Source: Tetramitus jugosus (Eukaryota; Protista; Heterolobosea). Taken from it: a DNA stretch of 64,000 nt. Of this stretch, positions 55,051 to 64,000 are shown one piece after another (the first letter of the stretch is position 1; every line of letters starts with the position of its first letter). The stretch covers positions 124,001-188,000 of the forward strand of contig OW569348.1 in NCBI GenBank assembly GCA_937625935.1, read 5' to 3'. A program made the position numbers and the translations under genes. Under the pieces are notes generated by a model. It made no database searches. It was given only the letters and a program-made list of their open reading frames with translations, and was not told the DNA's origin.

Positions 55051-56157
55051 TTAATAGTCCTTGTCCTTGTTGGCTCTGGAACGAATCTCGGCACCAACAA
55101 TGGTGCTTGGAGTAGTAGAGGATGAAGAGGACGTTGGTGAATTGTCATCTGAGGCGGGTTGTGGTCTTTGAGGAAGACCTGGCTTTGCCAATGCCTTCTT
55201 CAAAGGTTCCGTCTCATATCCGTCCATCAAACACACAATCATGGTCACACAGAGAACAATCATGACCAATACGACACCAATCAGAGAGAAGAACACCATG
55301 GGGTGCTCTTGCATGAGCATCATGAATTGATCAATGAATCCATCAGGACCCACAGTCAGCACAGCTCTTGGCACAGAAGCCTTGCTCTTCCATCCTTCCA
55401 GTGCAAATTGTTTAAAGTTATCCACTGTTCTGCCACCGTCATACTTGACCATCTTTCTTCCGTTGATCAAGTACAGTGTAGGATATCGTTCAATGTTAAA
55501 CTTGTTGGCCAATTCCTTTTGGTTGAGCACGTTGACTTCAGCAACAATGACACCACCTCCAATCATCTCTCTCGCGAAATCAATCCATGTCTTCTCCATG
55601 GCTCTACAGTGACCACAATTTGGTGAATAAAATTTGATGAACCATTGGGCGTTAGGCACACTGGACACTGTCTTCTCAAATGTGTCGTCAGTCAAGTCGA
55701 CAACAGAACCATCAAAATTTGGTGGTGCAATCAACTTTTGAACCCATGTTTGCATGGCAGTGATCGATCGACTCGATTCATATTCCATGACTGGTTCACC
55801 GTCCTTGAAGAACATGAGTGTTGGATAGCCTCTCACATGATAACGATCACAAATGTCGCTATTGACTGTGCAGTCAACTTTTGCTACGCGAACACCAGTT
55901 GATGTTTCCAGTTGTGCACCAAAATCAGCCCACACAGGTGCCAATTGTCTACAGTGACCACACCATGGAGCATAAAACTTGATGAACCAGAAGGGAGTCT
56001 CCTTTAGCTTTTGATCAAAGTTGCTTGATGTGAGCACAGTGACATAGGGAGAGTGATTCTCTTGTTCTTCTGCTGCAGCTACAAGAACAGTAATCGATTG
56101 AAGAATAAAGAGGACTGCAACAAGAGCAAGCAGAATGAGGGACTTTTTGATCATCAT
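55051..56157 (-). CDS. ER membrane PDI-family protein: two thioredoxin domains, TM helix, KxKxx retrieval signal
   Basis: Signal peptide from ATG 56157; WCGHC and NCGHC active sites; TM segment; C-terminal KDKDY. Confidence 0.93.
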   Translation of the reverse strand: MMIKKSLILLALVAVLFILQSITVLVAAAEEQENHSPYVTVLTSSNFDQKLKETPFWFIKFYAPWCGHCRQLAPVWADFGAQLETSTGVRVAKVDCTVNSDICDRYHVRGYPTLMFFKDGEPVMEYESSRSITAMQTWVQKLIAPPNFDGSVVDLTDDTFEKTVSSVPNAQWFIKFYSPNCGHCRAMEKTWIDFAREMIGGGVIVAEVNVLNQKELANKFNIERYPTLYLINGRKMVKYDGGRTVDNFKQFALEGWKSKASVPRAVLTVGPDGFIDQFMMLMQEHPMVFFSLIGVVLVMIVLCVTMIVCLMDGYETEPLKKALAKPGLPQRPQPASDDNSPTSSSSSTTPSTIVGAEIRSRANKDKDY

Positions 56158-56363
56158 GTTTGTTTTTTTCTGTTTTGTTCGAAATCTGTTGTTGTTGTGA
56201 TTTTTGTGAGCTTGGTGAATCTGTTGTGTTGCTTCTTTGACTTGACATAAATAGAAGGATACGAATATTTTTGTTTGTTGTGATTTGTAATGGTGGTGAT
56301 GAGTGACCATGAGTGAGTGACCTGCTGGTGTAAGGAGGCTAGTGTACATTGTTGCTAACACCC

Positions 56364-57380
56364 TTATTTCTGTTGTCGTTGTTGTTGCAGATTCTCTTCC
56401 TCTTGTCTCTGATACTCATTGTAGGCCATGGAACCTCCCTTGACAGCCAGAGAAGCACCCGTCTTGGTTGCACTCCATCCAAGCTTGGCAGCACCGAGCA
56501 AACCGTGTGCTACCTTTCTTTGAACTTCCTTGTTGGTTGCTGCAGCGGCGACTGCTGTTCCGACCTTTCGTTGAACTTCCTTGTTGCCCACGGTTTGACT
56601 AATAGCTGTACCTACGTGTCTCTGCACCGTTTCATTCGTTGCCAGTGCCTTCACCATTGTGTTATCACTGCTCTCTGCAATCGATGAACCCACCATGCTC
56701 TGATACTTTCGATTCTGAGCAGCATTGGAAACAGAGTCTCCAACAGCGGATTGAACACGGTCATTGACTGCCAATGCAGCAACACCTCGACCAACACTCT
56801 CTTGCACTTGATCATTTAACACTACAGTCTCTAGTGCTCTTTGCTGAAGCGCCACATTTCTTTGTTGTTGCTGTTGTTGTTGAACAGAGACGACAGATTT
56901 GGTTGGTGCTTGAGGCAATGGTCTCCTATCATTACTATTATTATTACTGTTATTGTTATTGTTATTATTACTATTGTTGGTGCTACTACTACTACTACTA
57001 CTACTCGTGTTATTGTTGCCGCCTCCGAACCATCCACCAAACCATCCACCTGACTTTTGTTGTGGTGGCTCCAAACTCTCTCTCAACGACTTCAATTCTT
57101 GACTAATCACTCCGGCACACCGCTCACAATTGAAATAGTATTCGTCATTGTGTTGAGCAATGTTTGGGTGGGATGGTATTCTCTCCATGATCAACACAAA
57201 ATACGAAAAGAGATAGAGGTAGGCCTGTTCGACATTTCCCTCCTTTTTCTTTGCTCCTGCTTCTCTCAAGTAGTTGGCAGCCATGGCAAAGTAGTCCTTT
57301 GGGGAGAAGGAGGGATTGATTTGGGGAACATAGGCACGTGCTTGTTCATCCAACTTGGCAATGATACCTTGTTGCGACAT
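56364..57380 (-). CDS. USP8-dimerisation/MIT-like (AMSH/USP8 N-terminal) domain protein with 17-aa C-terminal repeats
   Basis: YFAMAANYLREA...EGNVEQAYLYLFSY..LIMERIPSHP; ATG at 57380; repeats NxxVQxxVGxxV/I. Confidence 0.75.
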   Translation of the reverse strand: MSQQGIIAKLDEQARAYVPQINPSFSPKDYFAMAANYLREAGAKKKEGNVEQAYLYLFSYFVLIMERIPSHPNIAQHNDEYYFNCERCAGVISQELKSLRESLEPPQQKSGGWFGGWFGGGNNNTSSSSSSSSTNNSNNNNNNNSNNNSNDRRPLPQAPTKSVVSVQQQQQQQRNVALQQRALETVVLNDQVQESVGRGVAALAVNDRVQSAVGDSVSNAAQNRKYQSMVGSSIAESSDNTMVKALATNETVQRHVGTAISQTVGNKEVQRKVGTAVAAAATNKEVQRKVAHGLLGAAKLGWSATKTGASLAVKGGSMAYNEYQRQEEENLQQQRQQK

Positions 57381-57683
57381 GATTGTTGAAGGTCTGTTCT
57401 GTTCTGTTCTGTTCTGGGTGGTGGTGTGTTTTTGGGTGGATAAAGGGAATTTGTGGTGATGGAGGTTTTGATTCTTTTTCGCCGAACATCTTCTCCCCAA
57501 ACAAAAGTTCGAAGCGGCAGTTGGAAAGCGAAAAAATCTGACAGGATTTGCTTGTTGGAAAAAACAAACAGATAAACATGCCGAAACACAAGACCCAACA
57601 TATGACAACACCAACAACTCTCACAACTCTCACAACAGTGCTCCGTGGTGTGCCATCAGCCTTTTAACAAACACCGATGAAAA

Positions 57684-57850
57684 TTTTTTTTTTTTAATAC
57701 AACAAATGGTGCTCACGAACTTTTATTTTTCTTTTGTGTGAGAGCAGGCTTGCCTGCTCTCAATTGTCTAACATGATGTGGTGCTTGCCAGTGGAGTGGC
57801 AGGCCTACGCAACAGGATTCATTCTCTTCTTGGAATGTTGTTTTGATCCC
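57684..57850 (-). mobile_element. Severely 5'-truncated copy (167 bp) of the same poly(A) retroelement, 55 bp upstream of tRNA-Met
   Basis: Perfect 17-bp TSD ACAAACACCGATGAAAA at 57667-57683 and 57851-57867; T12 tail. Matches 28368-28546 except for a 13-nt indel, a 1-nt indel and 2 substitutions. Confidence 0.92.
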
Positions 57851-57905
57851 ACAAACACCGATGAAAAAAGCAGTAGGTCTCTAATTTTCAGATGATAAAT
57901 ATAGA

Positions 57906-57979
57906 GCGGGTTTGGCGCAGCTGGTAGTCGCGTAGGTCTCATAATCCTAAGGTCGTGAGTTCGATCCTCACAACCCGCA
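57906..57979 (+). tRNA. trnM-CAT: tRNA-Met (CAT), elongator type
   Basis: Acceptor GCGGGTT/AACCCGC plus A; anticodon arm TAGGT-CTCATAA-TCCTA with the T31:T39 pair typical of eukaryotic elongator Met; TTCGATC T-loop; T5 terminator at 57985. Confidence 0.96.
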
Positions 57980-58020
57980 ATATCTTTTTCGCTGTGAAAC
58001 AGGCGAAGGTTTACTGGGAG

Positions 58021-59331
58021 TTAGTACACTAGCTTGATATTGGAGAAAGGATCCATGTTTTTGCCTTCAGATCTCCTCAACAATGGTTTCTTGTCAAATG
58101 ATTCCTCAGAGTCTTTCCATTTGGTTGAAATCATAAATGCCAGGATAGCAACGAAGATGATGACAAAACCAATGATTTGGAACAAATTGTTCACTCTATC
58201 ACCAAGCAAAATCCAGTCCAAGATAGCAGCCGACACGAGACGAAGTGGTAGTAGTGCTCCGTAAATGGAACTTCCAAGCTTTGCTGTTGCATAGATGTCC
58301 AGGAAGGATCCAATACCGTAGTTGCAGAATGAAGTCACAAAGAATACAATCCATTGTTTGTATGTCAAATACTTGAATTGATGAAAATCTCCCAGTAACA
58401 TAGCCGGAGTAATAAAGATACACACTCGTGCCACCCTTTCGATTATAAACAAGTTGCTACAGGAGAGCTTCAGTTCATACTTGTCCACTAAGTGAGAGAT
58501 AAACACTGACTTGCTAGCCAATGCCACAGTGGTCACCAGAGCAAGTGCCAATCCAATGAAATCGTCCCTTCCAAAATCCTTGAACAAGATGTGCACATGC
58601 GGCAGGAAGAAGAATCCAGGTCTCTGACTCGTAGAAGATCCCAACAACACTACAAACGATCCAATAGCTAATACTACGAGAGCTACAATCATCTGCCATC
58701 TTATTTTACGTTCCCTGAACAGAAGAGCACTGATTAAGACAATGAAAAAGGGTGCGAAAAGCATGATCACTTGCACAAATGTCGCATTCGTGTATTCCAA
58801 TGCCTTACTTCTGGTAAAGGAACGAACTCCAATCGACGCGATAAATACATAGAAGGGCCAATGGGAGAGTAACGGTCGAATCCGAGACCATCCGTTCGCC
58901 ACTTTGCTTCTCCAAGGTTGACCCAAATTGTCTTCACTCAACATACAATAGGAAAAGAAATTGGAAAATAACCGACCACTGTACAGTATGAGAACGAATA
59001 AATTGCCAAAGGTTGTGAGACTATAGGGTGGTGGCTTCGGACCGTCTCCAATTTTCAAGTACTGACTCATTGGCGTGTGTCCACCGAGACACAAGTGTGA
59101 AACTGAAGCTAGAAAGAGCCACCCAAAGAAAAATGTCCATCGAGCAACACCACTGATCTCAACTTCTTCCTCTTTCTTGTAATTCGCTGACTCTTCTTGT
59201 ACTTTCTCTCCCTGGACAGTCAGAGCTTGATAGTTGCTCGGTAAAGCAGAACCGTTTTCATTTTCTCTGTTTACATCGTACTTGGTTCTTGTCAGCAGAG
59301 GAACTGTTGGGTTATAGTGCACTTCGACCAT
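58021..59331 (-). CDS. DMT/EamA-family 10-TM transporter
   Basis: About ten hydrophobic segments in two repeats; ALEYTNAT...APFFIVLISALLFRERK and WILLGDRV..FQIIG. Confidence 0.85.
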   Translation of the reverse strand: MVEVHYNPTVPLLTRTKYDVNRENENGSALPSNYQALTVQGEKVQEESANYKKEEEVEISGVARWTFFFGWLFLASVSHLCLGGHTPMSQYLKIGDGPKPPPYSLTTFGNLFVLILYSGRLFSNFFSYCMLSEDNLGQPWRSKVANGWSRIRPLLSHWPFYVFIASIGVRSFTRSKALEYTNATFVQVIMLFAPFFIVLISALLFRERKIRWQMIVALVVLAIGSFVVLLGSSTSQRPGFFFLPHVHILFKDFGRDDFIGLALALVTTVALASKSVFISHLVDKYELKLSCSNLFIIERVARVCIFITPAMLLGDFHQFKYLTYKQWIVFFVTSFCNYGIGSFLDIYATAKLGSSIYGALLPLRLVSAAILDWILLGDRVNNLFQIIGFVIIFVAILAFMISTKWKDSEESFDKKPLLRRSEGKNMDPFSNIKLVY

Positions 59332-59562
59332 TGTATTGATTTTTACAAAAAATGTATTGTTTGCACACCGACGAGATTTGATTTTGAGCCATTTTGTAAC
59401 TTATTTTTATTCTTGTTTTTACTTTATTTTATTTTAGTGACACTTGAGTTGTTTCAACAAAATGATAGTGCAAATGTTGGCCATACTCAAGAGAGCACCA
59501 AGTTCTCTGTTGTATCAATCTGTGTTGATGCTTAGGATAAGGTCATTTTTGGTTTCTGTATT

Positions 59563-61361
59563 TTACATTGCAACGCCGGAGCCAAACGCACCACTGAATC
59601 CATATACAATATCATCCTCGTCTTCGTCGTTGGTCGTCCTGTTTGTAATGGCATTGTTCAATCGCTTGAAGAACGTTTCTCTCTTGCCCTCCATCTTCTC
59701 CGTGTACTTGTTCTTTGGTAGTGTGAATCGTTTCACAAGACCGTCCTTGCATCCAACAAACAGTGTTTGTGGTGTGTCACCAATACAGAATCCCATGATT
59801 GGCTTATCATTGTTGAGCGTAAACACATTATGCCCTGTTTTGATATCCCAGATACGCACTGTTTGATCCTCGCTTGCTGTGATGAGTACCCGGTCGAGAA
59901 TGACTTGCATCGCCTTAATCTTTGCAGTGTGACCTTGCATCGTCTGCAACAAATCACCCGTATCGATATCCCACTGTCTTATCGTTCCATCCCACGATGC
60001 ACTCAACAGTGTCAATGACTTGCTGGTACTACTGCTGCTGCTACTGCCATTGCTGCTCGCACTACCGCTGGACGCTGATTTCTGACCTCGAGACGGTCTC
60101 GTACTCGTGAAGCACAACCGACAAATCGAATCAGAGTGAGCATCAATCTCTTTGAGAGCTCTACCGGCCATCGTGTTCCACTTGATCAATTTTCCATCCA
60201 TTCCACAACTAAACAGTGTAAACGTACTGGGTATGACCAAAAAGTCCCAAACCCATCCTTGATGACCCTCCAATTTCAACAAACAAGTTCCATCCTCCGT
60301 ATTCCACTTTCTCACCGTCTTGTCGGCACTGCTACTGAACAATGACCTTCCATTCTTACTCAGTGCAATACTCGTAATTGAATCCGTGTGACCCACAAAC
60401 GTCCTCATGCATATACCAGTGTCTACGGACCATTGACAAATGGTGCAATCGAATGATCCACTGTACAGAAACATGGTGCTTGCAGCAGCCGCTGCTGCTA
60501 ATGATGAAGACACGGATGACGATGAACCACCACTACCAACACCACTTCCGTTCACGTTATCGCGAGACATGCTCACACTGGACCGATCAAACGATACGCG
60601 ACTGGACGAGAGTGGTGATGATGAAGAAGACAGTGGTGATGCACCTGATGAAGTTGGTGTATTCACACTCAACAAGCTGCTGTTTGTATGGTGATGATGA
60701 GGGTGATGAGAAGGAGAAGAAGATTGAGTGGTAATGTGAATGTTGTTGGCCGATGTAGAGAGATAGGAAGTCGAAGGAGAGGCCTGTGAGTGAGAGAGTT
60801 GCGACGGTGATGGTGCAGATGATGATGGTATGGCTAGAGTAGAGGAGGACATGCGAGGCGAAGGTGGTGGAGGTGAGAATTTGGTGCCCATGGTCAAACA
60901 GAGACACGATATGGTTTTTGTGTGATTCCGATACGTCTTTAGAACAATTTGTCGCTCCAATGCCCAACTCATGATGGTTCCTGCGCCGTCTCCCGTGAAC
61001 AATACGCCATCAGATGGAGAAATGACCATGCTACTAATGAATTTTTGATGACCTAGAAAATGGAAGCGCATATGAAAGTAAAGATTGACATGTTGATATG
61101 TGTTAACGAGAGAGTTGTTGGAACCAATTAAGACACATCGGAGTGAAGCTCATCCTTTCTCATCATAACTCAGGAATAGTACATCATACCTTTGAATACA
61201 CCGATACACAATCCACTGTCTGGTTCATATTGTCTCACACTACAGTCTTGACTACCCGTATAGAGCTTATTCTTGTAGAATGTCATGAGAGTGATTGGTT
61301 TTTGATGGCCGTTGAGCTCTCCTGTTGGTTGGAGCTCAATTGCTGATGATTGATTGCCCAT
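59563..61361 (-). CDS. WD40-repeat protein with probable N-myristoylation (MGNQSS), 2 exons
   Basis: GH...WD-type repeats (SASWDGTIRQWD, TASEDQTVRIWD). Intron 61189-61053 joins VFKG|HQKFIS in frame. Confidence 0.9.
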
Positions 61362-61816
61362 GATGTTTTGTATGTTGTTATTTTTCGGATACCAAAGTTG
61401 GTTGTTGTTGTTGGTGTTTTTATGTGTTGTGTTTGTTGGTGTTGTTGATTCTTCGTCTGTTTTTGTGGTTGTTTTACGAATTGTTCGTTTGACGAAAGTG
61501 GTTTCTTTACCTTTTGCTGATAATACTGAAGGATGTTGCTTCGTCCTTCTCTGAAGTGATCCTTCCTTTGTCGTGCGTGTGAATTGACAACTTTGAGGTG
61601 GAACATGAGCCATGTTGTCCAAATCTGTCACGTTAATTAACCGACATGTCGTCAGTCACGGAGAAACAGGAACTGATTCCCGCCAAATCTCGAGTGAAAA
61701 ACTACTTTCGATTTTCTGCCGGAACTTTCACTGGCAACAACAAAATACCTAAACTATTTGGAGAAGCTTCTTTGTGCAACACCAACTCTCAGAAAAAAAC
61801 ATATTCAAGCGAAATC

Positions 61817-63859
61817 ATGGACGATCACATATTGAGTGTCTTATTTTCTTATATTGATCCTTGCACTCTATTTTCCAAGTGTCCCACTGTCTGTCAGCAA
61901 TGGCACAAGTTTCTCTTCATGAACAGTGATGATGCACTGTTTTGGTACGATTACTATGTGCACTATTTTCATCATGATCCTCATCACAATGACATACCAA
62001 TGGTAGCCACCACTACAACTGCCACTTCATTGACCACTGCTCAAATGTTTATCAAGAGATATAGGCACACTCGCTTATACTTGAGAAACATGATTCAACG
62101 ATTGATCCAAGCTCAAAATGAATACATGAGACAAAAATATGATTCACCACTTGTGTCACTCGGAAATTCTGACCAGAGCGATAATGACGATAGTGTGATG
62201 GCAAGATTTGAGACAGTGGCGCATGATACGATGGAACGAGTGAATGAGTTGAATAGAAAGCTGAGTGAGTCATTGGACTCTGTGAAACAGAGTGAGACAT
62301 TGCAATCTCAGTTCATGAGACAGTGTGCTACATTGATTCACAAGTACAAGTGCTGGAGCAATGATCAATTATCGATCAAGAATGATATTGAATTTTTGTC
62401 AACCAAACAAAGGAGTACGATTCTCAGTGTATACAATCGCCATTTGAAGTATCAGCGCGCAGAAAAGATTGATGATATGTGGGCAATCAATAGCAATTGC
62501 CAAGATATGATCCAATATCACTTGTCTCATTACTTGACAAGTACTTACAATTGTGTGATCAAGGTGAAAAAACAACACATTGACACTTGCAAATTTAAGT
62601 CATCGTTCTGTATGGATTTGTTCACATATAATGGTAGATTTTTATCGTTACAATACGTGATTCGTTACAATGTCTTAGAAGACTCATATGTGGATTCATT
62701 GGCGATCGAAATTCTTGCATCTGTTGATGCTCATGATGAGGATGAAAGTGTTGATGCTCATGATAAGAACAACTATACATCTCTTTTGTCATGTACGTTT
62801 GATGGTGAACGGGACAAGTATAAGTCTATTGGATACAATGCCGATTTATTGTTTAGAATTGCTAATATGATCAGTCCCTCTACGGTCATTAAGAACAATT
62901 CCGATGACGCTGTTCATACCATAAAAGAAACGAACGATGAGGAGAATGACAACGATAATCATGCACTCAATTATGATTCAGAGAGCAGTGAAGACGAGGA
63001 TGAGGATGAGGATGACAGCAATCCAATAGTTCGTATTCGTCGTCTTGTCCAAGCCAAGGACTACAAGAAAAACAACAACTTGTATCAGAGCCCACTGAAT
63101 ATGATCCTCCTTTTCTTGTTAGACGTAGTTCTAGGATCAGCTATTCCAGAGGTTCACGAAGAAGTAATTCATGAGCATATAATTGAGCGGTGCATTCCAA
63201 AACTTGCAGAGAAAATTCAAAAGAGAAGCAGTGGTGTTCACTTGCAGTTTTATGATGATGATGATGACAGAGATAGTGATGAAGATGAGAATGAAAACGA
63301 CGATGACGCAGCTGAGCTGATGGGAACTTTCATATCTACTCAAAACTCAGATTCAGAGGATGATGGAGAAGCAGATGTCGAAGAAGTGTATCAGGATTCT
63401 GATGAAGAAGAGGAAGGTAATGGTGATTCTGATGAAGAGGGCCAATCGAATCGTCACTATGTCGTCAGTGATAATGAGGATGACAGTGATAGCGAAGGTG
63501 AGAATGATAGTAATCATGACAGTGACAGTGAAAATGGCGAAATTGTTGTTGAGCTCATCAACCAGAGCGTAGAAAGTGTGGAGGATGTCTCTGATAAACT
63601 TGTTAATAAGAAGGGAGAAAAGAGAAAACGAGAAGAATCTGTTACTGTACTGGATGATGAAGATCACGATCAGCATAGCCAAGGCAGTGACAGTGATGAC
63701 GAGCACGAACATGAAAAAGAGAGTGACAGCGATAGTGAAGAGGAGATTCAAATGTTACAACATGACGATGATGAAAAAGGAGATTCATTTGACACAAAGA
63801 AGAAACGAAGGAAGGTGATACTAGAAGACGAAGAGGAAGACAAGAACGACGAAGAATAA
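61817..63859 (+). CDS. F-box protein with long acidic C-terminus and NLS-like basic patches
   Basis: MDDHILSVLFSYIDPCTLFSKCPTVCQQWH; KKKRRK. An in-frame upstream ATG exists at 61646. Confidence 0.75.
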   Translation: MDDHILSVLFSYIDPCTLFSKCPTVCQQWHKFLFMNSDDALFWYDYYVHYFHHDPHHNDIPMVATTTTATSLTTAQMFIKRYRHTRLYLRNMIQRLIQAQNEYMRQKYDSPLVSLGNSDQSDNDDSVMARFETVAHDTMERVNELNRKLSESLDSVKQSETLQSQFMRQCATLIHKYKCWSNDQLSIKNDIEFLSTKQRSTILSVYNRHLKYQRAEKIDDMWAINSNCQDMIQYHLSHYLTSTYNCVIKVKKQHIDTCKFKSSFCMDLFTYNGRFLSLQYVIRYNVLEDSYVDSLAIEILASVDAHDEDESVDAHDKNNYTSLLSCTFDGERDKYKSIGYNADLLFRIANMISPSTVIKNNSDDAVHTIKETNDEENDNDNHALNYDSESSEDEDEDEDDSNPIVRIRRLVQAKDYKKNNNLYQSPLNMILLFLLDVVLGSAIPEVHEEVIHEHIIERCIPKLAEKIQKRSSGVHLQFYDDDDDRDSDEDENENDDDAAELMGTFISTQNSDSEDDGEADVEEVYQDSDEEEEGNGDSDEEGQSNRHYVVSDNEDDSDSEGENDSNHDSDSENGEIVVELINQSVESVEDVSDKLVNKKGEKRKREESVTVLDDEDHDQHSQGSDSDDEHEHEKESDSDSEEEIQMLQHDDDEKGDSFDTKKKRRKVILEDEEEDKNDEE

Positions 63860-63888
63860 AGATATCGTTATCTCCGCACGAACATGGT

Positions 63889-63898
63889 TTGGCGCCAA
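63889..63898. promoter_or_regulatory. TTGGCGCCAA palindrome (E2F-like)
   Basis: Intergenic, ~40 nt before an ATG at ~63940 that may begin the next gene. Confidence 0.45.
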
Positions 63899-64000
63899 GA
63901 TGAGGATGTTCTGGGTTTACGGTAGTCCTGACAGAAAAAATGTCAGAACAGCAGCCATCGCCCGGGGGTCATGATGAGACAAAGATTTCAAGCACTCTTA

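Noticed and set aside
57906-57979. Initiator tRNA-Met
   Set aside because: G1-C72, T54 in the T loop and a T31:T39 pair indicate the elongator.
61053-61189. C-box ATGATGA in the 137-nt WD40 intron (possible snoRNA)
   Set aside because: No downstream CTGA D box or terminal stem.

Overview
Gene-dense eukaryotic (protist) DNA with standard genetic code, short GT-AG introns (57-137 nt), very short intergenic spacers and many CAA/GAT-repeat low-complexity proteins. The gene set (EGF-GPS-7TM-RGS receptor, SHAQKYF Myb, RCC1 repeats, kinesin-9, BK channel) suggests Discoba/Heterolobosea, which is an inference. About 28 protein genes are supported: MSH5, HAD hydrolase, a head-to-head GAPDH/aldolase pair, Sec5, Myb, adhesion 7TM-RGS, DOCK GEF, RED-like, pICln, LysRS, KIF9, V-ATPase f/RNASEK-like (missed by the ORF track), DUF4614, Slo/BK, Gemin2, trypsin, FOP-like, RCC1, Cyp40-like, PDI/TMX, USP8-dimer-domain protein, DMT transporter, WD40 and F-box. 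There are two tRNA genes (Asp-GTC, elongator Met-CAT). Headline finding: both tRNA genes carry a 5'-truncated, poly(A)-tailed retroelement of one family, inserted head-to-head upstream. The copies have perfect but unrelated TSDs (15 and 17 bp) at nearly identical positions (-54..-40 and -55..-39). At tRNA-Asp the young copy is nested in an older related element with its own TSD. This is the signature of a position-specific, tRNA-gene-targeting non-LTR retrotransposon system analogous to Dictyostelium TRE5. No RT or endonuclease lies in the window. Secondary findings include a recurrent TTGGCGCCAA E2F-like promoter palindrome, a Gemin2 with a 4E-BP-like tail, a catalytically degenerate Cyp40 and two single-frameshift genes.
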